Assembly: GCF_000315625.1 (NCBI RefSeq)
Contig: NW_005434664.1
Location: forward strand, 357,765-421,764
Reading direction: 5' to 3'
Length of the DNA: 64,000 nucleotides
Source: Guillardia theta CCMP2712
Taxonomy: Eukaryota; Protista; Cryptophyta
Of the stretch, positions 1-10,436 are shown one piece after another. Position 1 is the first letter of the stretch; the number at the start of each line of letters is the position of its first letter. Made by a program: the position numbers and the translations under genes. Under the pieces are notes generated by a model. That model did not search any database, had not been told where the DNA came from, and saw nothing but the letters and a program-made list of their open reading frames with translations.

Positions 1-360
1 TCAACTTGTGACGGCCGGCCGGCGGGCCTGCCAGGAACTTCACGTGTGACTTGACCGTACACTGTACGGTCTGTCACAGTGCCGCGAACCGTGACGGTGG
101 CATCGTGGCTGATAAACTAAGTGAAATGCTTCCGATTGTCCCGATCACGCTCCGGCGAGAGCCTCGGAGCCTTGCTGCACTCAGCGGCAGTCGTGCGGCA
201 CTGGCGGCGGGCGGCACTGACTGCGCGGCGCCGCCCAGCCGGTCACCACCGTAGCATCGCCGCCGACCGTACGGACGGTCCCGCCCCCGGCCGATACCGT
301 GTGACGGTCGGCGGCGGGCCGGGCCCGGCCGGCCCGGCAGCGCGGCCCGGCGCTACCGCT
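1..360. repeat. GC-rich intergenic island of short palindromic words
   Basis: Dense CCGG/GGGCCC/GGCCGGCC/CACGGT words. The same texture occurs at 13030-13110, 17200-17550, 22560-22790, 25380-25715, 25965-26130 and 62920-63700. Confidence 0.6.
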
Positions 361-672
361 TTCAGGTTTAGCTCTTAGGATCTCTTTTGTTTGCTGTGAT
401 TTTAAAAGTGGGGTGAGCTTTTGGGGGTACTGGTTCTCATCATACCACTGTGCTCTGTCAAATGGGGGGTAAGGGTAGTTTAGCTCTCGTGACAGGATTA
501 ACTAAAAGGTAGCGGCCGCAAAGGACTTTCCGCGACACCACCAACAAATTTCAAACCTCACATTAAATTTCATAAATACATATTGAAATTTTGAATATCC
601 ACATTGAAATGATGAAATTGTGTCTAATTCAACCCCTCAGGTAAATATTCACGTGGATTTCACGGGGCGGCC

Positions 673-3600
673 ATGGCTTGGCGGGTTGGGTTGGTGGCGA
701 TCATGGCTGGCGGGGCCCTCGCAGGCTCTGCCTCCTCCTCCCCTCCCCTCGACCTCTCCTCATCAAAAATCTCTCCTTCTCCTCTCCCTCTTCTACAGCG
801 TTCGCCTCTTCTCCTCAAACAGGCCTCCGGATCCCTACCAGCCGGCTGTGGGATCCAGCCCTTGGGGAGGCTGTATGGCGGAGGCGGCGGACGCAGCGCG
901 AGCAGAGAAGGTATAACAGGACAGGGCTCGAAGAAACGAGCAGAGAGGAAAGAGAAAGAAGGTAAGCATCCTCGTCCTTGCTTTCAGAAGCCACGTTGTC
1001 CATGCTCGTGCGGCAGATTTAATCATAATTGCAGGGCAGAGGGCTATCCCGAGGATGAGCATTCGAGGCGGCAAGGAGGAGGCAACTATGGATGAAGGGA
1101 AGTCGAAGATCGATGAAGCTCTGTACAGTCGTCAGCTTTACGTGACCTGAGCCTTCTCCTCCCCACCCTCTGCTGACTGGCTTGTTCGCGTACGTCAGGT
1201 TATGGGGCACGATGCCATGCGCCGCATGCAGCAGTGTGATATTCTTTTGATCGGGTTGGGTGGGCTGGGGATTGAGATCGCAAAGGTAGACTGCTGGTCC
1301 CTCCCTCCGACCTCTTAGCCTGCGGCAGGACCTTGCCCTGGCCGGAGTCAAATCGCTGACCCTGCACGACCCCACCGAGGTCACGACGAGAGACCTGACT
1401 TCACAGTTCTACTGCACGGAAGAAGACTTAGGGAGGAACAGGATCGAGGTGAGACGCTCTCCTGCTCTGCTCTCGGCGCCAGCAGCTGATCGTTGGCGCA
1501 GGCTTCACTGGAGAAGCTCTCCTCCCTCAACCCGCACGTGAAGATTGACGTGCTTGAGGGGCCGATCAACGGCACTGTCATCTCCAAGTACAGCCTTGTG
1601 ATCTGCTGCGAGAACTGCTTCGGGGAGTGCGTGAAGGTGAACGACGCCTGCCGCCACCATGGCGTCAAGTTCATGATGGCGCAAACCCGCGGGCTGGCCG
1701 GCAACATCTTTGTGGATCTGGGCAAGGACTTTGAGGTCTGGCCGCATGCTCGAGATGCTGCGGTGCATGAGACGTGCTGACACTCGCTGCCCTTCCCAGG
1801 TGACTGACACCAATGGGGAGAATCCTGTTCAGTTCATGGTCGGCTCCATAACGCAGGAGGAGGTTGGCGTCGTCATGACTCTGGACGAGCAGAGGCACGG
1901 GCTAGAGGACGGAGATCTGGTGACCTTCTCGGATGTGCAGGGCATGACGGAGCTCAACGGCATCGAGCCAGTGCCTATCAAGGTTCTGGGTCCTTACACC
2001 TTCACCATCGGCGACACTTCCAAGTACAGCGCGTACAAGAACGGAGGGTATGTGCACCAGGTGAAGAAGACTGCGAGGATTGACTTCAAGTCCCTGCGAG
2101 AGAGCTTGCTCGATCCTGAGTTCACGACGAGCGACTTCGCTAAGATCGAGCGTGAGAGGCAGCTCCTCCTCATCTTCCAGGCCATCGACAGCTTCTTCAT
2201 CCAGTTCGGAGCCTTCCCGAGACCTGGAGACCAGCAGGACGCGGAGTATGTCCTGCAGATGGCGAATCATTTCAACCGTGAGATCATTGTGGAAGGGAAA
2301 GTTCTCAACAGGCAGCTGGTGGACAAGATCGATAAGAAACTTGTGCTCACCGTCGCCAAGATCGCGAGCGGGCAGCTGAGCCCGATGACTGCGGTCATTG
2401 GAAGCATCGCTGCGCAAGAGGCGCTGAAGGCGTGCTCGGGAAAGTTCATGCCGATCAAGCAGTTCTTCATGTTCGATGCTCTTGAGGCCCTGCCGGACAA
2501 GGAGCTGCCGATGAGCGAGTACGAGCAGACGGGCAGCCGTTACGACGCTCAGATCGCCGTGTTCGGGAAGACGCTGCAGAAGAGAATCGAGTCGCTCAAG
2601 TACTTCCTGGTGGGCGCAGGGGCCATCGGGTGCGAGATGCTGAAGAACTGGGCGATGATGGGAGTGGCGTGCGGGAGGGGGCAAGATTCACTGCACAGAC
2701 ATGGACGTAATCGAGAAGTCAAACCTGAACCGTCAGTTCCTCTTCCGCACCAGCGACATGCAGCAGCTCAAGTCGGAGACGGCAGGGCGGAGGGCCAAGG
2801 AGATGAACCCCTCGCTCAACATCGAGACTTACTCGGTCAAGGTCGGGTCGGACACGGAGGATGTGTTCGGCGACGATTTCTTCGAGAGCCTCGACGGAGT
2901 TTGTAATGCGCTTGACAACGTTCAAGCTCGTACGTACATGGACCAGCGATGTATCTACTTCCTCAAGCCCCTGCTCGAGAGCGGAACCCTTGGCACCAAG
3001 GTGAGAGAGTCTTAGACGATGAGGGGAGGAGGAGGAGGAGGAGGAGGAGGAGGAGGAGGAGGAGGAGGAGGAGGGTAGCAATGATGCGGGGGGTGATTCT
3101 GTAGAGGAGGAAAGGAGGAAAACCGACGGTGATGGTGGACCACTTGATTGCGTGCTAATCATGCAATGGTGGTGGTGGACATGACGATGACGATGACGAT
3201 GATGACGAGCTTGAGGAGGAGGAGGAGGAGGAGGAGGAGGAGGAGGAGGAGAATCTGGTGGTGGTGGTGGTGGTGATGGTGACGATGATCGTCGTGCAGG
3301 GCAACGTGCAAGTTGTGATTCCGCGAATCACCGAGTCCTACAGCTCCTCTCACGACCCTCCCGAGAAGGCTATTCCTATCTGCACGCTCAAGAACTTTCC
3401 CAATGCGATCGAGCACACGATCCAGTGGGCGAGAGACGACTTTGAGGGAGTGTACAAGCAGGTGAAAGCGAGGAAGAGGAGAGAGGGGAAGAGGAGTAAA
3501 GGGGGAGCGGGGTCAGAGAAGAGGAAAAGAGAATGGAGGAGGGGATTTGAGCGGTAGGAGAGAGGGGAACACGGGGAGGGAGGGTGACCTTGGGAAGGAA

Positions 3601-5260
3601 GGAGGGAGGAGGAGAGGAGCATGAAGCTAACGTGCCATCCTCGTCAAGGTCATCGAAGATGCTGTTTCCTATATTTCAGACACTGAACGCTTCATTGAGA
3701 ACCTGAAGCAGCAGGTCCTACTTCTTCTCGGCTTCTCCTTCCCGTTCCTCCCCTCGTACTTCTCCTCCTCCTCTTCTTCCTCCTCCTCCTCCTCCTCCTC
3801 CTCTCCCCCCCCCCCCCCCCCCATCTTTCCCTCTCCTCTCTCCTCTCCTCTTCACCTCCTCTCTTCTCAATTTCATCTTCATCTCCTCCTCCGCTTTCCT
3901 CTCACCCGCTGCCCGCAGCCAACAACGGCGCCAGCGACTGTCAAGGGCATCATCGCAACGCTGGGAGGCAGCAGGCCGAAAAGCTTCGAGGACTGCGTGG
4001 CGTGGGGGCGGCTGAGGTTCGAGGAGCTCTTCAACCATCAGATCCAGCAGCTCCTCGTCTCCTTCCCCCTCGATATGGTCACCACGAGCGGGCAGCCCTT
4101 CTGGTCGGGAGCCAAGAGGCCTCCCACACCCCTCCAATTCAGCGAGGAGGAGGAGTGGCATGTGGAGTTCGTCGTGGCGTCTGCCACGCTGCGGGCAAAG
4201 AACTTTGGCATCGAGGTGCCGGCGACCTTGGAGCGCTCGGACGTGATGAAGCTGGCGAGGAAGGTACGACGGGAGAGTGTCGGAGGAGAGGTAGGGGAGG
4301 CTGAGGGGAACGGGCAGGTCAAGGTGCCGGAGTTCGAGCCGAAGCAGGGGGTGAAGGTTGACCTCAACGACGGAGAGGCGAAGAAGGAGGGGGAGGATCA
4401 GGTGATGGAAGGGACCTCCGACTCGGATGCTCGGATGCTCTCCAGTCTCCCTCCTCTCTCCTCCTGCTCTTCGGTACAGCTGGAGCCCGTGGAGTTTGAG
4501 AAGGACGACGAGCTCCATATGGACTACGTTACCGCCTGCTCGAACCTCAGGGCGACCAACTACAACATCCCTGCTGCCGACAAGCACAAGACCAGAGTCA
4601 GTCGCCTCCTCCCTCTCCCTCTCCCTCTCCCTCTCCCTCCCCTTCTCCCTCCCTCTCCTCTCCCTCCCCTCCTCCCTCTCCCTCCCCCTCTTTCCCATCC
4701 TCCTCGTTCTCATCTCCATCTTGCCTTGCAGCTCATCGCCGGCAAGATCATTCCGGCCATCGCCACCACGACCTCCATGGTCACTGGCCTCGTCTGCCTC
4801 GAGCTCTACAAGCTCATCCAGAACAAGCCCGTGGAGCAGGTACCTCATTCTCATTATCACACTTTTTGCCACCCAATCCTCCCCATTCTCCTCCAGTTCC
4901 TTCACTCCCCTCCTCATCCCTTCCCTCATCCCCACCTTCCATCCCTTCCTTCCCTCCCTCGTGTCTTCTCGTATCTCCACCCATGTGTTTGGTTCCTCCT
5001 TCTCTCCTCTCCCCCACTTGCTCCTCCTCCTCCTCCTCCTCCACCTCCTCCTCCTCCACCGTCACTACCACCACCAGAAAGCCCCTGACTAGCNNNNNNN
5101 NNNNNNNNNNNNNNNNNNNNNNNNNNNNNNNNNNNNNNNNNNNNNNNNNNNNNNNNNNNNNNNNNNNNNNNNNNNNNNNNNNNNNNNNNNNNNATGATGA
5201 TGATGATGATGATAATGATGATGATGATGATGAGGTCATGATGATGATGATGATGAGGTC

Positions 5261-5323
<63 letters not shown>

Positions 5324-5795
5324 CTGAGGTCATGATGATGATCATGATCATGATCATGATCATGATGATGATGAGGTCAAGATGGTGGTGGTCGAAGAAG
5401 AGGAGGAGCTGACACCCGTGCAGTACCGCGAGCACGAGTGGAACTTGTGGTCGCGCTTCGAGGTCCAGGGCAAGGACATGACGCTGGGGGGTTTCCTGCG
5501 GCACTTCATGGTGAGCGTGAGGAGGAGGGAGGAGGAGGAGCTGACGAGAGCGGGGGGGGGGCAGGAGGAGTACAAGCTGGAGGTCTCAATGGTCTCGTGC
5601 GGGGTCTCGATGATCTACAGCACGTTCAGCCCCAAGGCGAAGGAGAAACTGACGCGGCCGCTGCTGGACATCGTGAAGAAGGACGCCAAGGTGGAGGTAG
5701 GGGAGCACCAGAGGTACCTGATGCTCGAGATCTGCTGCAATGACGAGGAGGGGGAGGAGGTGGAGGCGCCGAGTGTGAGGTTTGCGTTGAGTTGA
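673..5795 (+). CDS. UBA1: Ubiquitin-activating enzyme E1, multi-exon, with N-terminal signal/transit-like extension
   Basis: Exons encode [53 protein letters not shown], catalytic [34 protein letters not shown] and the C-terminal UFD ending [13 protein letters not shown] intron at 962-1034 joins the ORF at 673 in frame to MDEGK (1088). Apparent frameshift in G-runs near 2673-2682; one exon is probably hidden in gap 5094-5193. Confidence 0.95.
5194..5380. repeat. (GAT)n intronic microsatellite next to gap 5094-5193
   Basis: Directly visible. Confidence 0.95.
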
Positions 5796-8509
5796 TGGCA
5801 TGTAATCTTGATAAACGACATGTAATCTGCCCCCCCCTCCTCCTGCCGCTCTCGCGGCATCCCGGGAACTCCATGGTACAATGCAGAGGCTCGAAGACGA
5901 TCGCAAGCTCTGCGGGCAAAGAATACGAACAAGGAAAACTCACACCCACGTACTCCCGTCTCCTCCTCCTCCTCCTCCTCCGTCTCCTCCGTCTCTTCCT
6001 CTTCCTCCTCCTCCTCCGTCTCTGTCTCTTCCCCTGCTTCCGATATCCAAGGAGCCTGCACGAAGTTGTCAAAGTTGCGAGGCAGTCGAACGTGAGGCAG
6101 GAGCAAGACAGTGCAGGAGGAGAGCAGGAGAGCGGGAGAGAGCAGGAGCGAAGGAGCAGAGCCATGGGCAGGGACATCGTTTGCAGGATCGTCAACCCAC
6201 CTGTCCTCCGGCAAGCAGCAGGGGACAGCTGATGGTAGAGAATGCTCGCGCTTGCCGTCCGCTGCAGGGGGCTGGGTTCCTGGAGGGCTCGCCTGCTCCC
6301 CCTCCCCCTCCCCTGCCCTCCTCGTCCTCTCTGCTGACCCGGCAGGCTCCTCACCTGACGCTTCTGCCCCAGCCAGGGGATGTTGGAGTCCTCCCGCTTC
6401 ATCTCCTCCACTGGGAGGCTGCTGGGGGCCTGCCCAGCATCCTGCAGGAGGTCTCGGAGCAGCTGCCGGCCCCCCTTTCTCCTCGTCCCCCCCGAGCTGG
6501 GGACGGGATACCCCAGCCTCTTCTCGATCTGCAGGCGGAACTCTGCTGGGACCTGGACGGGGTTGGCGACGTTCTGCATGCAGAGGGGGCACTGCTCGTG
6601 GGTCTGCAGCCACTCGTCTATGCAGAGCTTGTGGAAGGTGTGCAGGCAAGGGAGCATCCGGATCCTCTCCCCCGTCCTGAAGCCGCTCAGGCAGATCATG
6701 CACTCCTTGTCCTCTGAGGTCGAGCTGTGCGAGTCCCTCGGCAGCGCCCGCGGCTCCTCCTCCTCCCTCTCCGCCCGCTCGATGTCGAAGTTCAGCTCCC
6801 TCCTCACGAACTGCTTCTTGAACTGCAGGTACGTCGGGACCTTGGAACCGCGGGGAGGGGGCGCCCGGTCCTCGTGCCGCTCGGCGCTGGCAGGAGGAAG
6901 GTCGCCCGAGGAAGGGACGCGAGAGATCTGAGAAGGGAGGCGAGGGGAGGCGATGCTGATCTTGCGGAAACCGCAGGAGAAAAGCGCGGGGTTCCTGACG
7001 TACAGGACGACCAGGCCGCCGATACAGGAGGAGCCCAGGAAGATGAGGACAGGGAGGAACACGTCCTTGCGGCAGGACAACCAAGAGCCGCATCCTACCT
7101 CCTGCTGGAGAGACGCCGACACGTTGGTCTGCACGATGGCGGGGGAGACCTTGGTGATCTTGGTGGAGGTCAGGACGTCCCCAGCTGCTGAGACAGCTGA
7201 GAACTCCGCCATCTCCAGCTCGAGCTGGGTGTCAGCGAGGCCCCCGGTGAACTTGAGGGAGAGGATGGAGTCGTGCAGGTTTCGAAGCACGCTCATGGCC
7301 GTGCGGTCATCGGCGACAGGGGGGAAGATGAGGAACTTGAGGGTGAAGAGAGAGCCGGCAGGGCCCATGGCCTCGAAGACGATGCAGGAGTCGGCGCGAA
7401 CGCCGTTGCTCGCAGCTGTCGACAGGCTGGCCCTGAGGACCTGCTGGTCCTGGTTGCTGATGCGATCGACTGGGCGGAAGGAGAGGGTCCCAACGACGTA
7501 GGAGCTGGAGGAGACGAGGGAGGAGATGTCAAGTGAGCAGGTGTCTGCGGAGGAGATCGAGCCGCCGGTGCAGAGAAAGCCGAACTCGACCACACACTGG
7601 TCCGAGCAGCCGTCGCCCGAGTACACGTTGCTGTCGTCGCAGAACTCATGGAGCTCTCGAGCTCCGTTGCCGCTGTGGGGAAGGAGAGTCAGAGGAAGGG
7701 AGAGCAGAGCAGATGTCGTTACCAGCGCGGCTGAGGAGGTCCCTCTATCTGATTGTAGATCGACGCGCTGCCGAGATTCCCTCCAAGCTCCACCTTGCAC
7801 TTTGGAAATTGATCGGGCACGAGGCAGCTGGACGGGGACGGGGACTGGCACTCCAGTCGTCCAACGAAGCAGGCGTCCTTGCTGGCACAAGAGGTGGGCT
7901 GACCTGACGCGCAGAGGGTCTTGAAGTAGAGGAGGCCGTCGGTACAGACAGGGCCAGGGCAGTTGAGGAACCATCGGGTGTACCCCGGGGCCCCAAAGAT
8001 GAGGAAGGAGCTGGAGATGGCAAGGCTCCTGCTGAAGAGATCCCTGCGGGTGACGTCGGACGGGCGGTAGCGCTTGTCGAAGGAGCAGCCGTCTGCCTGA
8101 AGTCGGACGAGGAAGGCGACGTTGTCGGAGGAGGATCCGATGAGGAGGAGCGAGCCGAAGGAGAAGTCGGCGACCGAGACGGACTCTCCGAAGGCTCCTG
8201 CGTTGAAACTCGGCATCATGACGCACTTCTCCAGGAACTGGCCCGCCAGCTTCTGCTGGTCCCACAGGTAAGTCAGTACTGTGACCTTGCCCGGGATAGT
8301 TGAGTTGCCCGGGGCCCCGATGGCGAGGTAGCTGGGGCTGAGGGACAGCGAGCTGCCGAAGCCCAGGGCCAAGAAGGTTCGAGTGATGGTTGTGTACTGC
8401 TGGTTGCAGCTGGAGCCTGCGGTCGGCGTGAATAGGGGAAGCAAGAGGAAGCGGGACCGGAAAATTGTGGCAAGTGGCGACCAGGGCTATGAAGCAAGAG
8501 ATCAAGGGG

Positions 8510-8559
<50 letters not shown>

Positions 8560-9555
8560 TTGCTTTCTTCTCTCACCTTGGGTCTGTATGCACGTGTGCA
8601 TGTTGAAAACCTTCACTGCCCCGGGCCTGTCGATGCCATCGTCGACGTACACGTCTTCATCCATCCCAGTCGGCGCCCCCACGATCAGGACGTGCTGGTC
8701 GTGGACCATGGCGGCTCCGAAGGACTCGTCCTGGTCCTTGTGCTCGAAGAAGGACGAGCTCCAGCTGTACCGATCGCTCCTAGGGTCCTTCTCCACAAAG
8801 TACAGGCGGAAAAATCCGCAAAACTTGGGCTTCTTGTTGGCCCAGTACATGGAAACCCATGTACCTGTCACAGCAACGGTCGTGCCGTAGACAGAAAGTC
8901 CTTGGCCGAAGCATCCTGCCCCTGCTCCCTCCACCATCCTCCCGTACGTGGCAGAGAAGCAGTACTCGCAGGCAGTTATGCACTCGGCCAGCCCGAACAG
9001 GTTCTGATTGAACAAGAAGTCCGTCTCCAACCAGGTGGAAGGGAGAGTGGGGTTGTCCACAGACCTCCACTTCGTCCCAGTGGCATCGAGGGAGGAGCTC
9101 AGGATCCTGCACTTGACCTTGCTCTCGAACGCTAGACAGGCCATGGAGTCGGACGCAGCTGCCGCGATTACCTCGCTGCTATCCGACAAGGTTGTCAGAA
9201 CCGTCTTTTCTGCCTGCTCGTAGATGAAGGAGGAGAGAGGGTTGAGCCTTGCAAACCAGCCCCCTCCCCTTCCTCCCACAGCCATCAGGTCGCCTGATCT
9301 CCCCACGCTCAAGGCTGTGCCCAAACTCCCGACGTCTGCCTGCTTCATCCCACGGACCCGGAAGTCCATGGGAGATACTGGGCAGTCGCAGCCCTGGATG
9401 CTGCACTGACTTTGAAGGAGCGATTTGCAGGCGATGGACTCGTTGCAGCATGCCTTCTTGTCCCTCCCAAGGTAGTCGGGGATGACGACGAGCTGTGTCA
9501 GGGTCTGCAAAGGGAAACTAGTAAAGATAAAAAGAGCCAACGGCGCCGATTGCAT
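5586..9555 (-). CDS. Single-pass membrane RING-H2 E3 ligase with FG-GAP-like propeller and Myxococcus-type Cys-rich ectodomain (multi-exon; both ends approximate)
   Basis: Repeats FGAAMVHDQHVLIVGAP, FGSSLSLSPSYLAIGAPG, FSRSLAISSSFLIFGAPG; EFCDDSNVYSGDGCSDQCVVEFGFLC; TM VFLPVLIFLGSSCIGGLVVLYV; RING-H2 CMICLSGFRTGERIRMLPCLHTFHKLCIDEWLQTHEQCPLC at about 6576-6701; acidic tail. The 1309-aa ORF is a mosaic of true exons and read-through introns. Confidence 0.8.
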
Positions 9556-10436
9556 TTCAATTCAGAGTGCTGCAAATCAACGGAAGGTGATATCAACGAT
9601 GTCTTACAAGCTCACTGTGATCCAGATTCGCTCATTCTGCTCCATTATCGTATAAGCTGGCTAGATCATCATATCGACTTTGGGTGAGTCAACAAGTAAT
9701 TTGATGAGGGTGAGAGCTATCTTTCAAACATCATCATCGGACGTGGATTGTATCAACCAGCACTTGCGGCGACATAGACTGCCGTGCATTCCGCTCAGTC
9801 CCACCATCCGCTCTCCTCCGCCATGAATCTTGACCCCGTCGTCTCCATTCTTCCGCCTCCTGCCATGGAAAGATATCGCTAGGTCCAAAGCCGGGTCCCG
9901 AGGCACCGGGGCCAACCCCTCTTATCCAGTGGTTGTACCCCTGCTTGTACCCCTACTTTGACTGCATTTTCAGGGGATCATGGGGGTACTTGACCTAACG
10001 CTGAGTGAGACCTGCAGACCCCCCTCCAGATTAAAACGAAGCTGTAACTGAAACCTCGTGCTACCCCTACTTTTGAATATTTCAATCACCCCTACCTGGC
10101 TTCATTTGTCAATCAGTCTGTAACCGTCCAACTTAGACCGACTCAACTCAAGTCCTCTAACTTAGTAAGATGATGGGCTGAACCTGCAAACTAGAGAAGT
10201 GCGGTAACTCTCTAGCAGCCGATCAAACTTGATTCGTACGGACAGTGAAACTTGCCAAGTTCTCAGTTTACTGAATGGCAGGCTTCATCAAGTTGGGCCA
10301 CGTTGACGGGTGACGCACGGCCGCCGAGCACGAGGTAGGCCAGTTAACTAGTTCACGATCATGGGCCGCGCATGTACGCTGCTGCGGCTACAGCCTTGGA
10401 TACAAAGAGGATCAGTGATGACGGCTGAGTGAATAT

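Noticed and set aside
673-5795. UBA1 as a pseudogene
   Set aside because: The single frameshift sits in homopolymer runs, the missing exon coincides with a gap, and all catalytic motifs are intact.
5792-9687. Numerous plus-strand ORFs antisense to the RING gene
   Set aside because: Shadow ORFs of GC-rich coding sequence with no recognisable domains.
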